DNA of 64,000 nt from a virus (IMGVR_UViG_3300047160_005625:6562-70561); one strand, 5' to 3'; positions 46,929-56,023 are shown, counted from the first letter of the stretch. A program made the numbers and translations. The notes: generated by a model not told the origin, from the letters alone.

Positions 46929-48510
46929 GCAACACGCACGCTCCGAACTGCGCCCAGTTCTCCATCCGGCCATCTATGCGCGGGTTTCCAGCTATGACCA
47001 AGATTGCGCAATGCAGCTTCGCGAGGGCCGCGATTGGTTCGCCCGCATGGGATACCCGAAGCCCGAAGAATTCATCGACCACGCCGTGAGCGGCGCAAAG
47101 CGGAGCCGCCCCGACTTCGACCGGCTGATGAAACTGGCTGCGAACCCGGTCGATTTGATTTGGGTGTCGAAGATCGACCGCTTCGGGCGCTCTGTTCTCC
47201 ACTTCAGCGAATCCATTGGGAGGCTCGACAATCTGGGCGTTCGTTTCGTCGCGCCATCGCAGGGCATCGATACCGACAACTCAAGTCCCACGGGGCGTCT
47301 GCTCCTTAACTTGCTGGCGTCCATCGCCGAATTTGAGCGGCAATTGATGATTGAACGCTCGACTGCGGGACGTATGCGGAAATTCGCGGACGGCGAACCC
47401 GACTCCTGGAATCTGATCTTCGGCTTCGAACGCGGCAAGCCCATCCTCAACGAGAAACATGCCCAGATCATGCGCCAAATCTTCGATTGGCGCGACCAGG
47501 ATCTTAGCTTCTACGAAATCGAGCCTATGGTGCTGGCGTTCGCTAATAAGTTGGGTGTCAAACCGCCTCGTGGCAAAACGTGGTGGCCGCAATCTATACG
47601 GAAATGGGTCGCCAGCCGCCAATGCATCGGGGAGTTCCATCGCAAAATCGACGGCAAGGTGCGAATGTACCCGCTGCCGGTCCTGATCGATCCGGTGAAG
47701 TGGACCCGCGTGAACCAAAAGGGCCAGGACATCGGGCGGCGCAAACGCGGCAACCCTAAACACAAGTACCTGCTCACCGGGTTTCTCCGTAGCGAACACG
47801 ATAAGCCTATGAGCGGCTGTACGGATCGCGGCTATAGGTACTACCGCTGCGAAGGCGTGCAGCGGCGCTCGAAGATCACGGCTTCTGGCCAAATGATTCG
47901 CAAGGGGGACTTCGTCGGTTGTGGATGCCCATATCGCAGAGCGGATATGCTAGAGGGCGCCGTGTGGCCAGAAATCTGGCATTACCTGATGTACCCGGCC
48001 AGGGCATGGAGCTTGGCGCAGGCCCTCGTGGACGAGGAAAACATGGACAAGCCCAAGAGTGGACGGGACGTACAAGCCGAACTGGATAAAGCTAAGCACG
48101 AAATCGGCGTGATTCAGCGCAGCGTGTTGGCGAAGGATGGCGGATGGACAGAGGAAGAAGGCTTCCCAGCAATCAGGAAGCTCCGCGAACAAATCGTCAC
48201 GCTAGAAACGGAGAAACGTGCGTTGGCGAATGTTGTGGAGATCCCGCCGCTCAATGCCGTCGAGCAGGCGTTTGACAGGCTCACTAAGGGCGGCGAGCCG
48301 CGGTGGGAGCATCGCCGCGAGGTGCTCGACGGGCTGGCCGAATTACGGATGCGCTTGGAGGGGGACGAGGTGATTATCAGTGGGAAGGTGCCGCTAACTG
48401 ATGCAAACACAGATACTTCAAAGGGCGACAAACGGAGCGAAAGGCTTACCCCTGGCTCTATTTGTCATGACCATATCCCGTTTGTTCTCAAAGCAAGGAT
48501 TGCGGCATGA
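46912..48510 (+). CDS. Large serine recombinase (integrase)
   Basis: AIYARVSS..Q catalytic motif, SG...RP.F..LM, VSKIDRFGRS, recombinase domain, C-terminal Zn ribbon (YRYYRC) and coiled coil. Confidence 0.93.
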   Translation: MTTTTRQHARSELRPVLHPAIYARVSSYDQDCAMQLREGRDWFARMGYPKPEEFIDHAVSGAKRSRPDFDRLMKLAANPVDLIWVSKIDRFGRSVLHFSESIGRLDNLGVRFVAPSQGIDTDNSSPTGRLLLNLLASIAEFERQLMIERSTAGRMRKFADGEPDSWNLIFGFERGKPILNEKHAQIMRQIFDWRDQDLSFYEIEPMVLAFANKLGVKPPRGKTWWPQSIRKWVASRQCIGEFHRKIDGKVRMYPLPVLIDPVKWTRVNQKGQDIGRRKRGNPKHKYLLTGFLRSEHDKPMSGCTDRGYRYYRCEGVQRRSKITASGQMIRKGDFVGCGCPYRRADMLEGAVWPEIWHYLMYPARAWSLAQALVDEENMDKPKSGRDVQAELDKAKHEIGVIQRSVLAKDGGWTEEEGFPAIRKLREQIVTLETEKRALANVVEIPPLNAVEQAFDRLTKGGEPRWEHRREVLDGLAELRMRLEGDEVIISGKVPLTDANTDTSKGDKRSERLTPGSICHDHIPFVLKARIAA

Positions 48511-48523
48511 AGGTATTGAGTCG

Positions 48524-49258
48524 ATGATTCGCTATCACGGAGGTCCGATTACCCCAAACAAGGCGGCCATTGCGGCTTGGCGCGATGGCCACGCTTGTGT
48601 TTCGTTTGCTTGGCCTGATCAGATTCAAATCGCCTTCGAATACGCCGCAGACGTGCTCATCGACAATGGAGCCTTTAGTTTCTGGGGCACGGGGAAAACG
48701 CTTGATGTGGCCGCTTATGTTGAGTTCGTTGACTTCTGGCGACATCATCCGGCGTTCGGTTGGTGCCTTGTCCCAGATGTCATCGACGGCGACGAACGGG
48801 AAAATGACGCTCTTGTTGAGGAATGGCCGTTAAGCAAATTCATCAGTACGCCCGTTTGGCATATGCATGAATCGTTCGAACGCCTAAAACGGCTCATCGC
48901 AGAATGGCCGCGCGTAGCCATTGGCAGCTCAGGCGACTTTGCGGAAATCGGGACGAAGCAATGGGAGATCCGAATAGGACAGGCAATGGATATCTGTTGC
49001 GACGCCGAAGGCTACCCCCGGACGAAACTGCACGGCTTGCGGCAGATGGATAACGCCATCACTTCCTGTTTGCCTTATGCCAGCGTCGATTCTTGCAATA
49101 TCGCACGTAATATCGGCATTGACTCATCTTGGCGCGGGCCATATGCTCCCAAATCCAAAGATCTGCGGGCGATGGTGCTGCGGGACCGAATCGCAAGTCA
49201 TGCCAGTTGTTCGCGCTGGACAGGGTGTTGGGGTCGCAATTTGGAGTTGTTCGGATGA
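48524..49258 (+). CDS. Phage TIM-barrel protein, TGT/DpdA-like (DNA modification inferred)
   Basis: MIRYHGGPITP...VLIDNGAFSFW...VPDVIDG...PVWHMHES...LHGLR...SVDS.N resembles motifs of queuine-tRNA-ribosyltransferase-fold phage proteins. Confidence 0.5.
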   Translation: MIRYHGGPITPNKAAIAAWRDGHACVSFAWPDQIQIAFEYAADVLIDNGAFSFWGTGKTLDVAAYVEFVDFWRHHPAFGWCLVPDVIDGDERENDALVEEWPLSKFISTPVWHMHESFERLKRLIAEWPRVAIGSSGDFAEIGTKQWEIRIGQAMDICCDAEGYPRTKLHGLRQMDNAITSCLPYASVDSCNIARNIGIDSSWRGPYAPKSKDLRAMVLRDRIASHASCSRWTGCWGRNLELFG

Positions 49259-49334
49259 CCATGAAGCCTGTTCGCTCCCTTGGCTCTATTTGTCACGACC
49301 GTATCCCCTTTCATTTGAGGGCGAAGGTGGCCGC

Positions 49335-49487
49335 ATGAAGCGAATCTTCAATGTCCTGAGTCTTGGGGCTGGCGTCCAATCGACGGCGCTGTATCTCAAG
49401 TTCGCTCGCGGCGAAATGCCGATCAAACTGGACGCCGCGATCTTCGCCGATACGCAGGAGGAACTCAAGGCGAGGATCGCCGCATGA
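49335..49487 (+). pseudogene. 5' fragment of a PAPS-reductase-family phage gene
   Basis: VLSLGAGVQSTAL...AAIFADTQEE PP-loop start, cut off by the LKARIAA repeat after about 43 aa. Confidence 0.75.
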
Positions 49488-49582
49488 AGCGGCCACGATG
49501 CCGACTCCGTCCCGCAGTAATGGCTTGCAGCCGTGGACCGAATGGCGGCACAAAAGGTCCACGGTTTGAAAGTGGTCGCAAT

Positions 49583-49813
49583 ATGAACGACAAATCTGAT
49601 CCCTTCGCCCTCTCGTTGGTGCCCGAAAACATCAGGCTGCGCGTAAGAACCGAGCGCCTCGCCGGAGAGATGAACGAATTTGCCGAACTCGTGGCGAAGA
49701 TGCGCGCCGCGCAGCGGCGCTACTTCAGCCAACGCGACCGCGATACGTTGATCGAATCGAAGCGGCTCGAAGCGGAGGTGGATCGGTTTCTGAAAGCGAG
49801 GATCGCCGCATGA
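49583..49813 (+). CDS. Small helical phage protein (paralog of 52541..52699)
   Basis: MNEFAELVAKMRAAQRRYF...ESKRLEAEVDRF. Confidence 0.6.
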   Translation: MNDKSDPFALSLVPENIRLRVRTERLAGEMNEFAELVAKMRAAQRRYFSQRDRDTLIESKRLEAEVDRFLKARIAA

Positions 49814-50331
49814 GAAAAACAATTGAAAAAGATCACCAGCCTATCTTCCACTGTCCGCTCTGCGGACAGAAAGCGAAATGGTACGACGACAAGATCGTGA
49901 ACCGATACTGCGCGAAGTGCAAACACTTGATCCCCGTACAGGTCGGGCGCGAATTGAAGATCAGCGACTTGCGGCCAGGAATGCTGGTGGTGCTCACGAG
50001 GCCGGGGACGCCGGTATACACGGCTTGGGTGACGCACGTGACGCCGGACTGGGTGTCGTTCAGTTTGGAATGGATGGCGCTGCATAAGAAGGGGCAATTA
50101 CACGACGAGCGCGGACAGATCGGGATGTATGCGATTGAGAAATACCGCGAGGATTACACGGAACTCAAGGAGACCAACAAAACCACTCGGGAACTCCTTC
50201 TTCCTGTCGAGTCGAAGCGACCGCAGAATCGACGGGTGGCGGAAAAGATGGTCGAGGAGCTTCGCGAAGGGGCGAAGGAGGTTGTCGAGGAGCTAATTCG
50301 CGAAGAGGTTGAGAAGGGCACTATTCAATGA
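49810..50331 (+). CDS. Zn-ribbon hypothetical protein
   Basis: CPLCG...CAKC. Confidence 0.6.
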   Translation: MRKTIEKDHQPIFHCPLCGQKAKWYDDKIVNRYCAKCKHLIPVQVGRELKISDLRPGMLVVLTRPGTPVYTAWVTHVTPDWVSFSLEWMALHKKGQLHDERGQIGMYAIEKYREDYTELKETNKTTRELLLPVESKRPQNRRVAEKMVEELREGAKEVVEELIREEVEKGTIQ

Positions 50332-51482
50332 TGACGCGGGAAGACCTTCCTCGTTCGCCCTACCTCGTCTGCGCGCATTGCGGCTGCGAGTTCCTGGCAA
50401 CCAACCGCCAACTCAAACGGTCGCGGGGAACCTTTCCCGGCAAGTCATACTGTTCTGCGATCTGTCAACACGCGGGGATGTCGGCAGGCAGGCCCAAGGT
50501 GCGGCATGAGGGAACATGCCGGAATTGCGGCAAGATCTTTGAATCCCGCTATGCCGGGAAAATCTATTGCGGCATAAAATGTTATACGTCCTCGCCGGAC
50601 TTTCTCAATAGACTCCGACTACAGGCAGTCAAAGCCAATGCGGCGCATATTCTGAAGCTAACGGGCGAAACCCCAAAACCAAAGGTCGAGATTAGCTGCC
50701 TGAATTGCGGCGTTGTGAAAATCGTCAGAGCTTCAAGAGGGAAAGAGAAATACTGTAATCACCGCTGTTACCGCCAATATATGGCGGGGCGGTTCGACCG
50801 CTGGATCGCTTCCCCGCAGGCGATTGCGCTGCCTCAAGCCTATGATGAATTTCTTTCGCAAGAAGAACTCCCGTGTTTAATTGAAGGCTGCGATTGGGTT
50901 GGCCGGGGTTTAGGAAACCATGTCAACTTCACACATGGCATCCAGGTGGAGGAATTCAAGCGGGCGGCGGGCTTTAACAAGAAAACTGGGCTAGTGACGC
51001 CAGCAACGTCCGAAGCGCTTTCTGCACGGCCGCACATTCATGACAATGCCTTTGGAGGACGAAGGGGCGCGAATGATTTTTCCACGACTCCACCGCCCAT
51101 TGTCAGAAACTATCGTTCGCTGGAAGGACGCGAACACTCAGCGAAAGCGCGGGCGTTGATGGAAGCGACGGTCGAGCTTCCGCCGCGCACGTGTGAAGGA
51201 TGCGGCGAGGAATTCCAGCCAGCACCGCTTGCCTGGAGCGCAAAATTTTGCTCGATCCAATGCAGGGATGCTTTCTACCAAAGGAACCGAAAGAATATCA
51301 AGTTTTGGATGAACTGCTCACAATGCCAAAAAGATTTTCAGGGACTAATCAACCAGAGGCGGCGGGCCGAACGGGGCTTAAAGGTGTTTTGCTCGATTAA
51401 ATGCCGTCAGAGTCACAATGGCAAAAAAGCTGGCGAGGCGCATCACCAGCGCTACCTGAAGCGTATCCAGGCGACTCTATGA
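50328..51482 (+). CDS. Multi-Zn-finger protein with central Ros/MucR-like finger
   Basis: Five CxxC-x(12-20)-(Y/F)CSxxC units plus CLIEGC...LGNHVNFTHGIQVEEFKRAAG. Confidence 0.7.
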   Translation: MMTREDLPRSPYLVCAHCGCEFLATNRQLKRSRGTFPGKSYCSAICQHAGMSAGRPKVRHEGTCRNCGKIFESRYAGKIYCGIKCYTSSPDFLNRLRLQAVKANAAHILKLTGETPKPKVEISCLNCGVVKIVRASRGKEKYCNHRCYRQYMAGRFDRWIASPQAIALPQAYDEFLSQEELPCLIEGCDWVGRGLGNHVNFTHGIQVEEFKRAAGFNKKTGLVTPATSEALSARPHIHDNAFGGRRGANDFSTTPPPIVRNYRSLEGREHSAKARALMEATVELPPRTCEGCGEEFQPAPLAWSAKFCSIQCRDAFYQRNRKNIKFWMNCSQCQKDFQGLINQRRRAERGLKVFCSIKCRQSHNGKKAGEAHHQRYLKRIQATL

Positions 51483-51709
51483 AGATCCACAAGCGCCAGC
51501 GCGGACAGACGGCGATCTACGAGACCTGGGAGTGGATCTACGCGCCGTATGGTCTGCGTCCTGCGACGTGGCGGCAGATCCAGGAGGAATGCCGCAAGGG
51601 GGCGCATATCCACGTGATCCAATGGCCCGAGGGCCGGGATGTCTTCCGCAACGGCTCCTTCCTGAACGCTGATTTGAAATCAAAATTCGACTACGAGGTG
51701 ACTACATGA
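51479..51709 (+). CDS. Hypothetical protein
   Basis: ATGA overlaps on both sides. Confidence 0.55.
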   Translation: MKIHKRQRGQTAIYETWEWIYAPYGLRPATWRQIQEECRKGAHIHVIQWPEGRDVFRNGSFLNADLKSKFDYEVTT

Positions 51710-51939
51710 AAAGCACGATACAGGTATTGGAGGAATGGGCGAAGAAGGCTAGCGATACGGATTTGACCTGGGCGATAGAAGTCCTGCGATTAGCCAAGAT
51801 GTATCGTTTTCCCAATGCGCACGAGACGCAAGAGCGTAAGGCGCGACGTGGGCGACCAGCGGGTTCGAAGAACAAGCCGAAGGAACAATCGCAGCTACCG
51901 CAATTAGACGGCTCTATCGAGGACGTTCAGTGGCGATGA
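51706..51939 (+). CDS. Small basic protein with AT-hook-like RRGRPAGSKNKP
   Basis: GRP..SKNK motif. Confidence 0.6.
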   Translation: MKSTIQVLEEWAKKASDTDLTWAIEVLRLAKMYRFPNAHETQERKARRGRPAGSKNKPKEQSQLPQLDGSIEDVQWR

Positions 51940-52217
51940 AGACGGCGGAAGAAAAACAGAAAGCGGTCCAGCGCAGCGCCGAAAGGCTGGAACTGCGCAC
52001 ACGCGATCTCCAATTGTGCGGCCAATGCCGACAGGCCCGGTGGGTGCATGACTGCATATATCCGCTAGATCACAAATTCCAAGATCCCCCTGTGTTGGGA
52101 GTCGGGGCCACCGATCCGCCCTGCCGATGCGGACAGCCGAAGTGGATGCATACGGCTTACTGGGCGCAGACGACTGGCGACGACCACGAATTCGTACCGA
52201 AGGAGGAAAACCCATGA
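51936..52217 (+). CDS. Cys/His-rich hypothetical protein
   Basis: Two C..C/CRCG...H...DHEF modules. Confidence 0.55.
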   Translation: MKTAEEKQKAVQRSAERLELRTRDLQLCGQCRQARWVHDCIYPLDHKFQDPPVLGVGATDPPCRCGQPKWMHTAYWAQTTGDDHEFVPKEENP

Positions 52218-52540
52218 GCAAGGAACAGGAACCGCCATGGCGAGACGACGACGAGGATGACGACGATGATGAGCAAGACGAGGACGGAGACGACGAAGCA
52301 GGAACGAAAGCGCCAGTTCCGTAACGACGCTTACTGCGAAGAGGAACCCTTCGAATTATTCGTATCCCCCGAAATCAAAAAGCGGTTCGACCTCAACTGT
52401 CGGACCACACCCGAATTCCTGGCGGAAGATTTCGCGGTGTCGCAAGGCGAGGAGCCGCTTCCGCCCGAGGACGCAGCGCGGGACGTGGAGGTGCATTTGG
52501 GCAAGCCGAAAAGCCAAAGGCAGCCGAGGAATTACTACAA

Positions 52541-52699
52541 ATGAACGAATTCATCGAACTCGTGGCGAAAATGCGCTCCGCGCAAAAGCACTATTTCAAA
52601 TTCAAGGACCGCGAATGGTTGATCGAATCCAAACGGCTGGAATCCGAAGTGGATCGGTTTTCTGGCCAACACTCAACACACAAAGGAGCTAACGCATGA
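52541..52699 (+). CDS. Small helical phage protein (52 aa; not in the ORF track)
   Basis: MNEFIELVAKMRSAQKHYF...ESKRLESEVDRF; ATGA overlaps. Confidence 0.6.
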   Translation: MNEFIELVAKMRSAQKHYFKFKDREWLIESKRLESEVDRFSGQHSTHKGANA

Positions 52700-53235
52700 C
52701 AAGTCGCCCGCCGTATCTGATTAGTTACGATTTTGGCGATAATCCTATCCCAGTGCCGGAGGAATTGTGGAAATATTTCGGCGCCGAGGAGGACTGTCAA
52801 CAGATCGATACACAAATGCAGGCATATCCCACTACCACCGGCAACCTCATCGATGGCACGAATATGTTCGGCGCAGTGTTAATCGAAGAAAGAAATCCGC
52901 TGAACGTTGCTATCTGGCTCGATCAGGGTTATGTTGCTAATCCCAGCGGATCATATCTCGAATTCGCGGGCTGGCTGTTCGACCGGGAGATTGCTCCCAT
53001 CCCATTCATCGATGAATCGCCGAGCACGGTGCTGACGCCCGCTCCCTGTGTTCCCGGTCTAGTTCAGTGGTACTGGGAGGATGCTGGCGCCGCCACTATG
53101 GCTGCCGCGCCTGCCAAGCCTCGGCCCAAGCCCCATGTTCCGCCATTGCAGCGGTTCCTCGAAGATCTCCGACAAGCGAAGCGGAATTGGAAGCGAGGGA
53201 ACGCGGTCACGATTGCACCACCGACTGGTTATTAG
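52696..53235 (+). CDS. Hypothetical protein (179 aa)
   Basis: AAGGAG RBS. Confidence 0.6.
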   Translation: MTSRPPYLISYDFGDNPIPVPEELWKYFGAEEDCQQIDTQMQAYPTTTGNLIDGTNMFGAVLIEERNPLNVAIWLDQGYVANPSGSYLEFAGWLFDREIAPIPFIDESPSTVLTPAPCVPGLVQWYWEDAGAATMAAAPAKPRPKPHVPPLQRFLEDLRQAKRNWKRGNAVTIAPPTGY

Positions 53236-53348
53236 CGCAAAAAAATCGCGCCGCTCGATACATTGGGAAATGTCGATTAGAGTGGCGCGAAGCGAGGCGT
53301 TGCCAAACACGTCGCTGCTTTTATTGATAGCACACACCAGCAGGGCGA

Positions 53349-53780
53349 ATGGGTTTCGAGGAGACAAAGGCGAAACGCCTGCGCCAACTAGAGCGCGACA
53401 TCGCCCGTGCGGCTACCGACTTTCTGGCGCTCGATGGCTGGCGTGCGCTCAAAACTGATCCCGTCTCGCGCCACGAGTGGGCAAAAGGCTTTGGCGAGAA
53501 GGGCATGGCGGATAGCTTGTATCTCCGTTACGGCCTTACTCAGGAGGTCTACACGAAAGGCCCCGCCTTCGGCGAAATCATGTGGATCGAGTGGAAGACG
53601 CCCATTGGTCGCGTGGCGCCGCACCAACGCGCGTGGCGCGAAGCGGAGCGCGCCCGTGGCGCATTGGCGTTGATCGCGGGCGTGGATTTCGACGCGACCA
53701 TCGAGGGATTCATCCTTTGGTATCAACAGAGTGGCTTGCAGCGGCTGCGGCTGCGCCTGCGCCTGATGGGAGGACCGTAA
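53349..53780 (+). CDS. VRR-NUC-like PD-(D/E)xK nuclease
   Basis: GMADSL...WIEWKTP.GRVAPHQRAW...RG. Confidence 0.7.
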   Translation: MGFEETKAKRLRQLERDIARAATDFLALDGWRALKTDPVSRHEWAKGFGEKGMADSLYLRYGLTQEVYTKGPAFGEIMWIEWKTPIGRVAPHQRAWREAERARGALALIAGVDFDATIEGFILWYQQSGLQRLRLRLRLMGGP

Positions 53781-54361
53781 TGATTCGCAGTGGTATCGCG
53801 ATACCTACAGAATTTCGGGGAATCACATTCAGATCTCGTTTCGAGGCCAACGTGGCTCAGTTCCTTGTGGATATAGGGATCAAATACGAGTACGAGACCA
53901 AGTCGTTCCTCGTATCAGGAGTCCACTATTGCCCCGATTTTTTCCTGCCGGAAAGCGGACAATTCGTGGAGGTGCGGGGCTACCAGACCGAGGGATCTGA
54001 GCAGACGCTCGAACGCTTCGCCCTGGAACATGGCGAGTTGATTGTTTTCTATCCAAATCAAGCCATCGTTATAACAAAAGTTCCGCAATCGATGGCTAAA
54101 GAATATGGACCTGTCTGGCGGACGGCCAGTCTGGAAGCCGTGATATGCAGTTATGGGCATGCTACGGCGATCACGCTCTTATCTCCCTTTACGATTCATG
54201 GATGCTTCATCTGCGGAGACCAGCGCAATAAGGAGGCAAGCCGCCAATCGCTGGAGGTTTGCGTTCGCGCTTCGGTCCCAATCCTCCGAACTGAACTTTC
54301 GCTAAATATAGAACGCGCTGGACGCGCTGGACGCGCTGGTGACGAGGAGGCGGAGTCGTGA
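53780..54361 (+). CDS. PD-(D/E)xK endonuclease (T7 endo I-like)
   Basis: FRSRFEA.VA.FL...GI.YEYE...Y.PDF.LP..G.FVEVRG. Confidence 0.75.
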   Translation: MIRSGIAIPTEFRGITFRSRFEANVAQFLVDIGIKYEYETKSFLVSGVHYCPDFFLPESGQFVEVRGYQTEGSEQTLERFALEHGELIVFYPNQAIVITKVPQSMAKEYGPVWRTASLEAVICSYGHATAITLLSPFTIHGCFICGDQRNKEASRQSLEVCVRASVPILRTELSLNIERAGRAGRAGDEEAES

Positions 54362-55092
54362 GCATCCCGAGACAGTGGATTCGCCTCTACACTTCGGTAC
54401 TGGACGATCCCAAAATTCAGACTCTCCCCGACGTGCTTTTTCGATTCTGGATCGACTGTCTTTTGCTCTGTGGATACTCCGGCGACTACCTTCCGACGAC
54501 CTCCCGATGCGCTTTTCGGCTCCGAATTACCGAAAAGCAGGTGGAATCGAGGCTCGCTGCGCTAGCTTCTCGCGGTCTAATCGATGAGACACCGAACGGT
54601 TTTCGCATGCACGATTGGGAACAATATCAATACGATAGCGACTCATCGACACCACGAGTGAAACGTTTCCGAAACGTTGCACGCGCCGTTACCGAAACGG
54701 ATAGAGCAGAGCAGAGCAGAGAAGAGCAGAACAGAGCAGAGCAGAACGCGCGCGCGAGCGGCGAACTCAGCTACGAAGACTTCCGGCGCATCGATGCGGA
54801 AAAACGCGCTTCGCGTACTGCCTCTGCTTCCGCTTCGCAAAATTCCTCTGCTGATGCGCTGCTGCCTGCTGCCGCCGAATCCGCCCGAGGTTTTTTAGAA
54901 CGGGTCGAACCCTCCGACAGACCGCGAGTGGAACAAGCGCTTAGGGAAGCACGCGAACGCATCGAGAGTGCCCACAACCCGGCTGGGTTGGCTGTTACCA
55001 TCATCCGCGAGGTCGGGCGCGTCCGCAAAAAGCCGTCCGCGAATGCTGATGTTCCCAAGGATCGGGTAGCTGAAATCCTTAAGAATCTATGA
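54358..55092 (+). CDS. Phage replication initiator / replisome organiser
   Basis: WIRLYTSVLDDPKIQTL winged-helix N-terminus, HDWEQYQ...STPRVKRFR, and an AGAGC-repeat linker. Confidence 0.75.
   Translation: MSIPRQWIRLYTSVLDDPKIQTLPDVLFRFWIDCLLLCGYSGDYLPTTSRCAFRLRITEKQVESRLAALASRGLIDETPNGFRMHDWEQYQYDSDSSTPRVKRFRNVARAVTETDRAEQSREEQNRAEQNARASGELSYEDFRRIDAEKRASRTASASASQNSSADALLPAAAESARGFLERVEPSDRPRVEQALREARERIESAHNPAGLAVTIIREVGRVRKKPSANADVPKDRVAEILKNL
54703..54747 (+). repeat. AGAGC/AGAAC pentamer run inside the initiator gene (candidate origin iterons)
   Basis: TAGAGCAGAGCAGAGCAGAGAAGAGCAGAACAGAGCAGAGCAGAAC. Confidence 0.5.
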
Positions 55093-55463
55093 CTGACGAT
55101 GAACGACTCAAAGACTTCGCCCAGAAACACCGCTTGCGCATCCGTCGCGACGAGTGTAGCGATCTGATCATCCCCGGTCGGCGCGGCCAATCGCAACTCT
55201 ACTTCGCCGGTAATGAGTTGTGCCTCATGGTGATAGATGGTCGGAGAGTGAAACGCTCTCGCTGGCAAGCGCTTGGTGGGAGGCTTTGGCTTGGCGACAT
55301 CAGCGAAGGCTTGCAGGATGTGAAGGTTACAGGGATTCCGCTAGAAAACGCCAAACTTGCGATTCGTCTCGCCAAAATCAAGACTAAGAGAATTTTATCG
55401 GAAGCTGATCTTGCCGCCAAACGGGAACGGATGGCCGCCATGCGCGCCAGACGTAGCGTTTAA
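55089..55463 (+). CDS. Hypothetical protein (124 aa)
   Basis: ATGA overlap; last gene of the + strand early operon. Confidence 0.6.
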   Translation: MTDDERLKDFAQKHRLRIRRDECSDLIIPGRRGQSQLYFAGNELCLMVIDGRRVKRSRWQALGGRLWLGDISEGLQDVKVTGIPLENAKLAIRLAKIKTKRILSEADLAAKRERMAAMRARRSV

Positions 55464-55578
55464 AATCCTCGTACTCATGAGTAGAACGCATCTAGACGGC
55501 GTAGAACGCGTCGGAAGCGCCCCGGAGGTAGTCGGGGGCCTCTGCCCCTTACCAGAATGCGTTCTAGCGCGTCCTATA

Positions 55579-55845
55579 CTAGACACCACTCATCGGTTGT
55601 GGCGGTTCAGAGCGCACCTGCCTCGCCCGCTTCCGCGTCGCTGATCGGTTCGAGGATGTTTTCGTCGTCCTCGCACTCATCGCAGCGGACGTTTTTGCCC
55701 GGCCAAGAGCGGCGTTTTTGCGCTTGCGCTTTCGCTTGGGCCAGTCGGGTCTTTTTTTGCATTTGGGGGTGTGGCTGCGAAAGTCGCGGGCGCTCAATGG
55801 CAAACCGCAGAACGGACACGGGGTTATTTTTTGGGGCGCTGGCAT
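55579..55845 (-). CDS. Small Zn-finger/basic protein
   Basis: CPFCG...H..KC followed by a Lys/Arg-rich tail. Confidence 0.5.
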   Translation of the reverse strand: MPAPQKITPCPFCGLPLSARDFRSHTPKCKKRPDWPKRKRKRKNAALGRAKTSAAMSARTTKTSSNRSATRKRARQVRSEPPQPMSGV

Positions 55846-56023
55846 GAGGGCGATTGTGCCACTTACCGCGATTTTGGCACAATCGCCCCCCGGTCGTCAA
55901 TCAAGCTTTTCCAGGAATTCGACGATAAAAGGTCGCTGGCGCTCCTCCTTGGGCACGCCCGCCCAGCGGGCGTGCGCCATCGCCCGAGCCAAGGCGCGCT
56001 CGCCGCGCTGCGCTTCTCAGTTT

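Larger units (their letters stand above)
48453..49813 (+). repeat. Four related gene-junction repeats encoding L(K/R)A(R/K)(I/V)AA-stop/ATG
   Basis: 48453-48512 and 49281-49340 align at 46/60 nt. GCGAGGATCGCCGCATGA is identical at 49470-49487 and 49796-49813. Confidence 0.85.

Noticed and set aside
52214-52324. 36-aa poly-acidic ORF as a DNA-mimic or anti-defence protein
   Set aside because: It is too short and low-complexity to support a call, and it overlaps an alternative ORF (52257..52544).
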